Source: Callorhinchus milii (taxonomy: Eukaryota). From it: DNA of 64,000 bases. The stretch lies in contig NW_024704742.1 of NCBI RefSeq assembly GCF_018977255.1, positions 63,180,001 through 63,244,000 on the forward strand, in the 5' to 3' direction. Below the pieces are notes generated by a model. That model saw nothing but the letters and a program-made list of their open reading frames with translations. It ran no database searches and was not told the DNA's origin. Made by a program: the position numbers and the translations under genes. Below, piece by piece: positions 12,732-24,275 of this stretch. The stretch's first letter is position 1. Each line of letters begins with the position of its first letter.

Positions 12732-14512
12732 ACAATAACATCAACAACAAAAAACTACATTTGTATAGGGCCTTTCACATCAGGAGGACGACCCAAGGCG
12801 CTCGAGACTCAATGTTTTGGACCCAAGCTGTGGGCCAGGACTGGGGAGGGTGGAGGGCAGGGGAGGGGAGGGTGACCGAAGGCACGGTTGAAGGGGAGAG
12901 TTTTGAGATGGGTCTTGAAGGAGGCAAGGGAAGGGGCAAGACAGAGGTTCTGCAGGATGGAGTTCCAGAGGGTGGGGCAGAGTGGCAGAAGACCCGCCTG
13001 CCAATGGTGGGGCGCATGAGGCAGGGGACGTGAAGCAGGCTGGAGCCCGCTGATTGGAGGGAGCGAGCAGGATAGTTGAGGGTTAGGAGGTCGCAGAGGT
13101 AGGGGGGAGCAAGGCCATAGAGGGCTTTGAAGGTGAAGATCAGGATCTTGAACTGTATCCTCTGTTTGATGGGAACCCAGTGGCATTGAGCGAGGATGGG
13201 GATGATAGGGTCATGGAGCATAGTACAGGAGAGGACACGGGCTGCAGAATTCTGGATGATCTGCAGTCTATGGAGGGAGGAGTTGGGGAGGCCAACAAGC
13301 AGGGCGTTTGCGTTGTCAAATCTGGATGTTGTGAATGAGTGTGTGAGGGTCTCGGTAGCCTCCGATGTAAGACAGTGAGGAGCCGGGCAATGTTGCGGAG
13401 GTGGGGCAAGTTAGGGTGAGTCATGGCACGGATGTGGGATAGAAAGGACAGTTGAGGGTCAAACAAGATGCCAAGGTTCTGGACTAGCTTAGTAAGGTGG
13501 ATGGAGTGTGCAACCATGGATGATGATGCTGTCAGCACCTGAGGTGTGGAGGTGCTGACAAGAACCAATCAGGAGAGCCTCGGTCTTGTTGACATTCAAC
13601 TGAAGAAAGTTAGCTCTCATCGAGGACTTGATGTCTGACAGATATTCTGTAAAGACAGCATTGGTTCAGGAGTCGAGGGTGGCGGCAGAGAGGTAGAGTT
13701 GGGTATCATCCACATACATGTGGAAGTTGTCCCCATGGTGGTCAATGAATGATGTCACCAATAGGGAGCATATACATATTGAAAAGGAGGGGACTAAGCA
13801 CAGAGCCCTGAGGAACTCTGCACAACATGGTGTGGCAGCTAGAGGAGAAGCCGTTTGTGGAGATGAAGTGGAGAAGGTGTGAGTGGTAGGATCTGAATCA
13901 TTCAAGGACAGACCATGAACGTTGAGGTGAGAGGAGGCAGTGGTCAATGGTATAAAAGGCAGCAGAGATGTCGAGGAGGACGAGGAGGCAGAGGGAGCCC
14001 TGGTCGCAGATAGACAAAATGTAATATGTAACTTTGACCAGGGCTGTTTCTGTTTTGTGGGCGGCACAGAAACCTCATTGGAGGGGTTCCGTCAAATGGC
14101 GGAATACGAAGGAGTGAAGCTTGGAAGCAATGACTCGTTCCAGGACCTTGGAAAAGAAAGGGAGGTCAGAGATGGGGCAGTAGTTTGAGAGCAGGGATGG
14201 GTCCAGGGAGGATTTTTTAAGGATAGGTATGATGATAGCCATTATTAAAGGGGTGGGAATGGTATCAGTGGACAGGGAGAGATTTATGATGTCTGTGAAT
14301 AGGAGGCAAGGAGGTGCAGCTGGGAGGGAAGGAGAGGGGTAGGGATGGGGTTGAGGGAGCAGGTGGTCGGTTGCATGTGGGTTATGGTGGTAGTGAGAGA
14401 GGAGTGGGAGACAGATTCGAAGGTAATGGAGGGAGGGATGGGTGGCAGCCAGGGTGTGACAGGGAGTTGGGGACGGGGTAGTGGTCGGAAGGGTAGCAGC
14501 AGCTGAGCGGAT
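12732..14512 (-). mobile_element. L2 LINE, ~1.8 kb 5'-truncated, inserted into a SINE (tail 12706-12731, remainder ~14515-14665)
   Basis: PILKKSSLDPSLLSNYCPISDLPFFSKVLERV, FHMYVDDTQLYLS, HWVPIKQRIQFKIL. Confidence 0.95.
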
Positions 14513-14847
14513 CCCCTTGTCTTTGGTATTTAGACGTTTCATAGCGCTTCACAGAGTATAATATAAAGTGAATTGACTATATATCACGTGGACGAAACAT
14601 GACAGCCAATTGCGTACAGCATTGTCCCACAAACAGTCATGGTTTCAGTGACCAAATTATTATTAATTAATTATAAATAATATATCCAACGTAACAGCAA
14701 TATGAAAGGTAACTAGTCACGCTGGATTAAGAAACAAATAGAGTAGTGATGAAAAGTCCTTGAAAGTTCCTTTTCTTTCCTAGGACGAGGTATGGCATTC
14801 TCAGTGTACAAAAGCAGCAAGCTCACCAATTTGAGATTCAATTCAAC

Positions 14848-14881
14848 TTGACTGAATTAATATTAATATTAATTCAGTCAA
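14848..14881. repeat. Perfect 34-bp palindrome
   Basis: TTGACTGAATTAATATTAATATTAATTCAGTCAA equals its own reverse complement. Confidence 0.97.
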
Positions 14882-15964
14882 TATATCATTTATATATAAC
14901 ATAAATGATCTGGACTTGGGTATAGCAAATACCATTTCCAAGTTTGTGGACGAAACAAAGTTAGGTAGGGTGGTAAACAGTGAGAAGGATAGTAGCCAAC
15001 AGCAGGAAGCTATAGACAGAATGGTAAAATGGGCAGATACATGGCAGATGAATTTCAATGTGGAGAAATACGAGGTAATGCATTTTGGTGGAAACAATGA
15101 GGGGAGGCAATATAGGCCGGTAATACAATCTTAAGGGGGGTGAAATAACAGAGAGACCTGGGGGTGCAGGTAAATGAATCCTTGAAGGTGGCAGGACAGA
15201 TAGATAAAGCTGTAAAAAGGGCAGATGGGATACTAGGCTTTATAAATAGGGGCACAGAGTACAAGAGTCAGGAGGTTATGATTAACCTATATAAAACACT
15301 GGTAAGGCCTCAGTTAGAATACTGCGCCCGGTTCTGGGCACCACACTATAGGAAGGATGTTAAGGTATTGGAAACGGTGCAGAGGAGATTTACAAGAATG
15401 GTACCAGGAATGTGGGACCTTGATTATGAGGAAAGGCTCGAGAGGTTAGAATATTCTCATTGGAGCAGAGAAGGTTCGAGGAGACCTAATAGAGGTCTTC
15501 AAAATCATGAGGGGATTTGATAGGTTAGAATATATGAAGATAAGAATTAGGAGCAGGAATAGACCATTCAGCCCCTCTAGCCTGCCCCGCCATTCAATAA
15601 GATCATGGCTGATCTATTCTAACTCCACCTACCTGCCTTATCCCCATATCCTTTAATCCCTTTATCCACAAGAAATCTATCAATCTGTCTTGAATATGTT
15701 CAAGGACTGAGCGTCTACAGCCCTTTGGGGTAGAGAATTCCATAAATTCACTACCCTCTGAGTGAAGAAGTTTTTCCTCAACTCAATGCCAAAGGGCTTA
15801 ACCCTAATTTTAAGACTGTGACCCCTGGTTATAGTTTCTCCAACCAGGGGAAAAAGTCTCCCACTGTCTATTCTGTTGTGCCCCTTAATAATCTTATAAG
15901 TTTCTATAAGATCACCTCTCATTCTTCTATATTCTAGAGAATATAGGCCTAAATTGCTCAACCT

Positions 15965-16289
15965 AATAATAATAATAATAATCCTTGCTTTTGATATAGC
16001 GCTTTTCACGTCGGGAGGACGCCCCAAAGCGCTTCACAGAACACACTGTAAAGTGAATTGACTGTATATTTGTGGGCGAACGCGGCAGCCAATTGCGCAC
16101 AGCAATGTCCCACAAACAGTCGTAGATTGAAAATGACCAATTTAATTATTGTTTTTGGTTTTGGAGGGATTATTATTAGGCTCTGTGTGGAGTAAGGAAA
16201 CTTGCCCAAGGTTTCGCCCTGCCTGGAATTGAACTCAGGTCTCTCACTTGCAAAGCGAGTGCTCTAACCATTGAGCTACAGGACTCCAC
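15965..16289 (-). mobile_element. Young tRNA-Ala-derived SINE, full length
   Basis: Near identical to 47882-48215. Confidence 0.95.
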
Positions 16290-16323
16290 GTAACTATCCT
16301 CATAACTCATCCCCCTCAACCCT

Positions 16324-16872
16324 TTCAGAACTCTGCAGCTCATGTACTGTCCCGCACCAGGCTTTGTGACCACATGACTCCCACCCTCGCTCGCCTCCAC
16401 TGGCTCCCCATCCCCCAGAGGATCGAATTCAAGATCCTCATCCTCACCTACAAGGCCATTCACGGCCTTGCACCCTCCTACCTCTCCGACCTACTATCCC
16501 CCTACTTACCTGCCCGTACCTTCCGTTCCTCTGGCTCCGGTCTGCTCCACATCCCCCGCCCTAACCGCCCTACCATCGGTGGCCGGGCCTTCAGCCTCTC
16601 AGCCCCGAGGCTCTGGAACTCCATCCCCCAGTGCCTTCGCCTTGCTTCCTCCCTTTTCTCCTTCAAGGCCGGTCTCAAGACCTTTCTCTTCAACCATGCC
16701 TTCAGTTCCCCTCTCGACTCTCTACCCCTCTTCACTCCCTCCCTCCCTTCCCTTCCCTCACCCTGACCATTTCTCCCCTGCTCGGGTCCCGACCCAACTG
16801 TCCAGCGCCTTGGGACGTCCTCCCAACGTGAAAGGTGCCTATAAATGCAATCATGTTGTTGTTGTTGTTTTT
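16324..16872 (+). mobile_element. L2 LINE 3' fragment
   Basis: ORF 16374-16766 LARLHWLPIPQRIEFKIL..IGGRAFSLSAPRLWNSIP; (GTT)n tail. Confidence 0.95.
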
Positions 16873-18772
16873 GTTGGTACCAAACTAGTGAATCTACATT
16901 GTACCCCCTCCAAGGCGAGTACATCCTTTCCTAAATAAGGAGACCAAAACTGCACACAATACTCTAGGTTCGGTCTCACCAGGGCCCTATACAGTTGCAG
17001 CAAGACTTCCCTACTCTTATATTCTAACCCTTTTGTAACAAGTGACAACATCCATTAGCCTTCCTAATTGCTTGCTGCACCTGCAAACTAACTTTTTGTG
17101 ACTGGTGTACAAGGACACCCAAGTTCTTCTGAACGCTAACACTATCTAGTTTCTCCCCTTCTAAAGAGAAAAACTGTTTCCACTGGTGGGTGTGTCGGTG
17201 ACTCAAGAGCACAGATTTAAAATAGTCTCTAAAAGAAGCAGAGGGGAGGTGAGAATAAATTTTTTCACACAGTAAGTTGTTCGAATCTGAAACGCATTGC
17301 CTGAAAGGGTGGTCGAGGCCGATTCGATAAAAACTTTTAAAGACCCGGTGGACGGGTATTTGAGGAGGACGAGTTTGCAGGGTTATGGGGAAAGGGCTGG
17401 GGAGTGGGACTAATGTTACATTGCTCGATTCAAAGAACCGGCACAGACTCAATGGGCCGAATGGCCTCTTCTTGTGCTGTACGATTGTATGATTCTATGA
17501 TATTACTATGTCAAGCAAAATTCAATTACATTTCACTGCCTTAAGGCAACTGTGAGGCATGACACACATTGATGCCTTCCTTTGTAAATAAGGAGTTTGT
17601 CTGCAAGCTATTTTGCTGAGAAAATTCATGCACCAAGATAGAGTTTGATAGTTTAGAATTGATATCTGAAGGTTTGTGAGACAAAAGAAAGTTTGGGAAG
17701 TGATTGATAAAATAAAGATCTATTTTATATTTATTTTACATTAAAGAAGCTGAATACAATTGGATCGACAAAGAAAGGTGAATGCAGTGAGAGAGTGGGC
17801 AGTGAAAGCGTGCTTGTTTCAGCTGAGAATATTCAGAATGGAAAAGAAAAGTAAACTATCAATCAACAAAGGCTCTGACAGTTTCTGAAGGGACTGATTT
17901 CCCCTCAGACAAAAGGAGGTTTGTATTAATTTGCATGGAAATCCACGGCTGCAAAAGAAAGGACTGAACTTATTCATGATGACATGTTGTAAACTGTTAG
18001 GAGGAAAGAAAATATTGATCATGGAATAAATTGAGCAGACAAAGAATGCTTTGGAAAGAGAAGGTGCTAATGATGAATTTGTTGAATTAACCAGAAGAAC
18101 AGTGTCGTGAGATTTGCAAATATTCAAATGGGAAATTCATAAAGCTTGCATAACACATGGCTTTTGACATACCATTTCATAAAGGGTTCCAGGGAAGAAG
18201 CTAATCTGCAGTTATCACTTCGTAGGAAGACTGAGATAAAGTGTGAGACATTTGAGTACAGGAATTATAATATCTATTGTGGTACATGCTGGAGAAAGGA
18301 TTTATAAAGACACCAGATTCCAAGGGTGCTGGTATTAGCCCAATGAGAGAAAAATGTAGGAGTATTGAAAGAGGTAAATGTTAAACAGAAGTCAAACTTT
18401 CTTAGGGATATTCAGGGTGTGAAATTAATATACACGTCACAGAGAGCAAATTACTCCAAAATCAAAATCTAAGCTTTCAAATGGAGAGATTATTAACAAT
18501 AACGGTAAATAATATTACTCTTTGGATTTGATATAGCACTTTATCACATCATTGAGACATGTCAATGCCCTTCACAGGAACTGCTGTAAAGTATAGTGAC
18601 TGTATATTTATAGGCAAAAGTAGCAGCCAATTGGCACACAGCAATGTCCCACAAACCCTCCTCCCTCAAAAAAAAATGTGCACTATACAACGCTTTGCTC
18701 TCACCTCTCTCACTGGGAACGAGAAAGGTTTACAAGATTCCCAAACGGCCTTTATCCTGTACTCCCGACAGG

Positions 18773-19080
18773 ACCCCCCCCCTCCTCTCCCCCCCCCCCT
18801 CCCCCTCCCCACTGGCACCACACATTCCTGGGCGTCAGAGTGACACAGAGAAGTCTCGTGCAGCACTTGAGGCTGTGGTGGGGGGGTTTGGGGGCTGTTT
18901 CTTGTGGTCCCTGAAGTTGGCTTAACAACACGTTTGCTTCTGAGCTGTCGGACGGTGCTGGTCAAACCCTCCTTCCCTCTCCCCCCCACCCCCACCACAC
19001 ACACACATACATACATGCGTGCACACAGGGACACACACTCACTCTTTCCCCCCTTCCCCCCCTCATACACACACGCACTC
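18773..19080. repeat. Low-complexity poly-C tracts and (CA)n-like repeat
   Basis: C-runs at 18773-18810 and 18981-18997; CACA/CATA runs to 19080. Confidence 0.85.
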
Positions 19081-19095
19081 AGATATATACTGCAT

Positions 19096-19395
19096 CGCTT
19101 TGCAAGCGAGAGACCTGAGTTCAATTCCAGGCAGAGGGCGAAACCTTGGGCAAGTTTCCTTACTCCACACAGAGCCTAATAATAATCCCTCCAAAAACAA
19201 AAAAACAATAATAAATTGGTCATTTTCAATCTACGACTGTTTGTGGGACATTGCTGTGCGCAATTGGCTGCCGCATTCACCCACAAATATACAGTCAATT
19301 CACTTTACAGTGTGTTCTGTGAAGCGCTTTGGGACGTCCTCCCGACGTGAAAAGCGCTATATCAAATGCAAGGATTATTATTATTATTATTATTA
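19096..19395 (+). mobile_element. Young SINE lacking the first ~30 nt
   Basis: CGCTTTGCAAGCGAGAGACCTGAG through to the (ATT)n tail. Confidence 0.93.
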
Positions 19396-22300
19396 AACAG
19401 CCATGATCAATTGTATCTGGAGAATTGGTCGCCAGAAGCCCAAAAGCAATCTCTCTTTTGTAATGGTATTGAGCTAATGAGCACTTCTAACAGAGAAGAA
19501 ACTTTCATTCCAACAGTTTTAGCTCAATCCAAAACCCAAATCCCATAAGTCAAAGAAAGAGCCTAAACCCCTGTCTCAGAAAAAGGACCGCTCCAATTGT
19601 GCTGGAATGAAGTAACTCATTTCCTACACCAAACCCAGTGTTCCACCATTCCCCAGTCCAGCTGTATTTTACTCAGTACATCCGCATCATGCTCAACACA
19701 CACAGCTTTTGCAGTCCTGGTGACTTTCGCTGTTATGGTTTTCATGACCAGGGCATGAACTGGTAGCAATGGATTAAATTAATTATTTTCACACAACTCA
19801 GTTTTGCAGATGAGGCACCTTGAAAAGTGAGCTTTCACTACTTACCCTGCTGAGTTCGGAGTCTTCCTTGAAGTAGTTCATTAATAATAAGCTCAATGCA
19901 TTTAATATTTTCACCTGTTTTCCACCTCATATAATGAGCTTAACATGTTTTGCCTCAATGCAAACCTCAGCACTTTATCAAGCAGACGTGGTTAATAGAT
20001 TCAACCCAGGCAATGTTAGCAAAGGTGGAAATGTTTATCATTTATATCTCAGGCAAGTTTAAGAGATAAAAATGGAGTAATATAACAGCACATCGTCTTC
20101 TACCATAACGTTCTTCTTCAGGTCGAATATCATCCATATCTTTATACCTATGACCTTGAGGCACTTTATCTCTAATCCCACTGTCAAAGACTTAAAGGTA
20201 CAAAAGAAATAATTATAAATAACTAAAGTCTGAGGATGCCATATGTATCTCTAGATTCTTCCAGGTCACTGTTGCATTGCTTTTGTTGTAAAATCCCATC
20301 TCCTTTCGAATCGCTCAGCAATACAGTTATTAAGTGGTGGCAGTAATACCCTGATCTTCATCATAGACAGCAGCACAGCCTCTGGCAGCTGCACTAGAAC
20401 TGCCCAGTAATGTATCTTCAGTAAATGATTCACAAGCACAGCAGGCAGCAGAGAATCTAAGGGTTTCCAGGGAACAAGTCAAAATCGGTAAAATTGCTTC
20501 GGAGTTCAGATGACATTCATAAATTGATTTACAACATCTTCTGACACACGGTGCAGAACTACTCCCTGTGATTTATGAATATATAATTCTCTCCCATACT
20601 ATTTCTGTCGTATAATCATCGTATATTTATAGCACAGAAGGCCCACTGTGTTTGTATTGTCGTTTGCAATCTATCTAGAACTATCTATTCTGATCCCATT
20701 CACTTGCTTTTGCCGCCAGACCATTTAATTTTTTTTAAATATTCACTAATTTCTTTTTCAGATGTACCTGTCCTCCAAACCCTATTGTGGTAAAGAATTC
20801 TATATTATAACAATGTCACAAAAATGTCTGCCTTTTATCATAGTCCTCAGTTTCTGCTAATTTGTTACTGGCTCATCTATCTATCAAATAGTCTCCCTGA
20901 TACCCCATCAAAACATATGAAAACATTCACTGTAGATTTACCTACTGATCTTTCCTCCTGACGTGAAAGGCGCTATACAAATATAATTTTATATTTGTAT
21001 TGTATTTATAATAAATAATAATCCTTGCATTTGATATAGATATAGAGCCTCATCAACTCATCTGAAATTGCTTACAAACATTGACATGGACTAGTTGGGA
21101 TGAATGGCTTGTTTCCATGATGTAACATTCTGTTTAATTCTCTGCATGGTCTGAAATTCCACTTAATCTTAGCTTACAAGGCTATTTTATCTTAACATTC
21201 AAGGTTGCAAAAATTGCATAAAATTCTTCAATTAAATTTTAATTTGGAGACCTTCTGAAGAATCGTGCAATCTTAAATTTTAAGACAAAATGGGATTCGA
21301 CTAGGAAGTCCTAACAAGTGTGGATTTTCACATAACCATTATCGATGCAATACAATATAATTTATACTTATACAGTGTCGGGAAGACATCTCAAAGTGCT
21401 CAAAGCAATACTACTTCTTGACTGACCAACAAGAGGTGTATTATTCTGTTAAGTAAGAATGGTCATGACATTATCTGCCCATATCTTCCATGCAAAATCT
21501 CTCTGGCAACCACAGTAAGAGATGTGCACACTTAAGAATGCTTTGAATCTGTCACACAAACTGAGACTAAAGAGCCAATTTCACAAGATTTCAGAAGCCA
21601 GTCCTTTTGCGCTGGAGATAACAGAATGTTCTTAAGCTGACTGTCTTACTACCTAAAAAGTGAAAACGTATGCTTTTTCCCAGAATCTATCCACTGCATG
21701 TCAACAGTTCGGCTGAAATCCAAACCTGCAACTCAATTTATTTTAATGTTCATTTTGCATATTCGACTTAACCTTTTAAAGCTACATGATAAGGCATCAG
21801 TAATTTTATTGACTCTGTAGAGAAAGTTATGCATCGGTAGAACCTGTAAACAACGGCAGGTGCATGGCGGAGACAGATAAAATTCTGTATTGGATCCAGA
21901 GTTATGGGAAATAAAATTAGTCCTGATGGAATATATGAGCCAGTAGTTCTGCGAATGTCATTACCCTGAAGCAAAATGCAGGGCAAAAGTCTCAAAAGAC
22001 TAATTACTAGCATATTGCCAAGGTTATGTCAGGGTGAGTGCTGAAGTAGAGCTTTTGGCTAAAATAAGGAGTAAGGCTAATAAACACTCAAAGCCCTATT
22101 TCCATGAAATAATTGAAGTTGTTCTATATTCACATCACTTCAATTCATATTCAATTTCCACCCAATTTTCACTCCAATAGTGCAGCCAACAGCAAGGACC
22201 ATTAATGCAGCAATAATTTGCAGTTTGCTAAATCATTCCTTCTAATTTTGCTGTTGTTGTTGATGCCCACTTGTGCGTAAGAGTGTCTGCAATCATTATG

Positions 22301-23124
22301 CTAGGTTTTTAAGGCAAACCACATGATTGGTTTGTGGCAATTCTTTGCAGGACTCCTCAATAAGAAATAATAAGGAATCCTGTTGAATCCCTGGTAATCT
22401 GCTAGAACTCTGCTCCAGACTGAGAATGTATCAGAACAGATAATCATCACCATCACTATAAAAATAACAATCATAATAATAATAACAATCTTGCCTTTAA
22501 TATAGCACCTTATCATGCCGCGAAAACCTCTCAAAGCGCTTTGTAGGATTTAATTTTTTTGATCATCACCCAGGCAGCTGAGGCGTGTGGGAGTCTTTCA
22601 CATGCTTTAAATTTAGAGTATCCCAAACCGGACTGAAAATTGCATGCATTAAATAAAACCTGCAAATTTGGTTACCTGAAAATAAGCAGGTTGTCTGGGA
22701 GAATGTTTCCAGGCAGCCTTTGAGCGCATGATGGGTGTCAGTGAGGGCACCTCTGATGAGATGGCACAAACACAGCAGGTTGTTCTGCCAGGGCCAAGTA
22801 GCTAGTTATTGACCTGTACATGCTCAGGAAAGAACAACCTCTCCTGTAGAAGTCCCCCCATCCATTCAACCACCTTTCATCAATTTCTGTTATTTCAAAG
22901 CATCAGGCACTACAACAACACCAACAACAACTTGCATTTATGTAGCGCCTTCATGCAGGGTAGCGGAGCGCTAAGGAAAGCCTCCACCCACATCACTCAG
23001 TCCTTCACTGACATACATGTGAATAAGTCAGCCATCGGGAGCCAAGGGGGAGGAATGAGAATTAGTCGAGAAAATGACTAAGTTGATAAATAAAATCAAT
23101 ACTTATACTGTTATAAGTAAGAGG

Positions 23125-23700
23125 ACAAGTTGACAAAGCTGTAAAAATAGAAGCATAGAATACACAAGGAAAGACAGACAGTCGTACTGAATATGCACAG
23201 TTAAATAATTGGTTGGGCAACAGTTGGAGCAATGTGCCCAAATCTGGACACCTTGCTTTAGGAAAGATATTCAAGGTCTTGGAGAGAGTAAGGTAGAGAT
23301 TCATTAGAATCATACCAGTTATCATATACTGCCGTTAGGTAGAAACTGGAGAAAATGGGTCAAGTTTTCACAGGAGCAACATATGATAGAGGCATTCAAA
23401 ATTGTGACAGGTTTTGATAGGGTAAATAAGGAGAAGCTATTTTTCAAAAAAAACAAGAGAGAGGTAGTATTTTTAAAACAGAGCAATCCTAAATTCTTAA
23501 AAAAATACAACAGAAGGTTGTCGGAGATATTAAATGCCCTATCAAAAATATATTTGAAGCTGAATCCATAATAGCTTTTAAAAGGGAATTAGACAGATAT
23601 TTGGAAGAATCAATATTTTAAGGGATATAAGGAAAGGGCAGTGAAGTGGGCCTACATAGGTAGCTCTTTGACAGGATAGATGGTGGATGACTCTTCCCTT
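23125..23700 (+). mobile_element. Degraded CR1 LINE 3' region
   Basis: IEAFKIVTGFDRVNKEKLF and an LEQCAQIW..FRKDI-like segment. Confidence 0.75.
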
Positions 23701-23850
23701 TGGCAGAGGGACAGCTAGCAGGCCCTTAAAATCAGAACTAGTATAATTCACACAGAGGCCTGTGGATATCTGGAGCATTGTGCCCCAGAAAGCTACGGAA
23801 GTGGATTAAATTGGGAATGATGATGGCTGAAAGATGGGACACAAAGATAT

Positions 23851-24275
23851 TAGCCTGGCTCAGTTGTTCGCACTCTCATCTCTGAGTCAGAAGGTTATGC
23901 GTCAAGTGTGTTTGAATTCACAGCTCAGGCTAACACTCCAGTACAATGCTGGTGATGGGCTCCACTGTTGGAGGTGCTGTCCTTCAGCTGAGATGTTAAA
24001 ATTCTAAACCCAGGTCCTGTCTGCCTATTCAGGTGGGCATTAAAGATTATTTGAAAATGAAGAGAATTCTGCAGCGTATCCAGGGAAACAATCCCCCAAA
24101 TAAAATTAGTTGTTCACTTCAAGACTATTTGTGGGACATTGCTGTGCACAAATTGGCTACCATGTTTGCCTACAAAAACAGTCACTAGACTTCACAGTAA
24201 AAATCCTGTGAAGTGCTTTGAGACCTCTCAATAAAATGATAAGGTTCTATATCAAAAGCAAGGATTATTATTGAT
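23851..24275 (+). mobile_element. Deu-domain SINE, near full length
   Basis: tRNA-like head GGCTCAGTTG..CACTCTCATCTCTGAGTCAGAAGG; Deu core GGAGGTGCTGTCCTTCAG..GAGATGTTAAA..CCTGTCTGCCTATTCAGGTGG; shared tail. Confidence 0.8.

Larger units (their letters stand above)
15530..17160 (-). mobile_element. Second CR1 LINE nested in the first, itself interrupted by a SINE and an L2
   Basis: [69 protein letters not shown]. Confidence 0.92.
14886..17500 (+). mobile_element. CR1 LINE (pieces ~14886-15528 and ~17161-17500) interrupted by nested elements
   Basis: INDLDLG..ISKFVDETKLG..KWADTWQMNFNVEK and LVRPQLEYCARFWAP; resumes as KEKLFPLVG; ends in a GATTCTAT tail. Confidence 0.92.

Noticed and set aside
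20105..20125. Hammerhead ribozyme core (CTGAAGA on the minus strand; also CTGATGA near 22753 and 54992)
   Set aside because: No stem II plus GAAA or supporting helices visible
22672..22690. Recursive splice site TTTTCAG|GTAACC on the minus strand
   Set aside because: Non-consensus donor and unknown gene orientation; expected by chance in 64 kb
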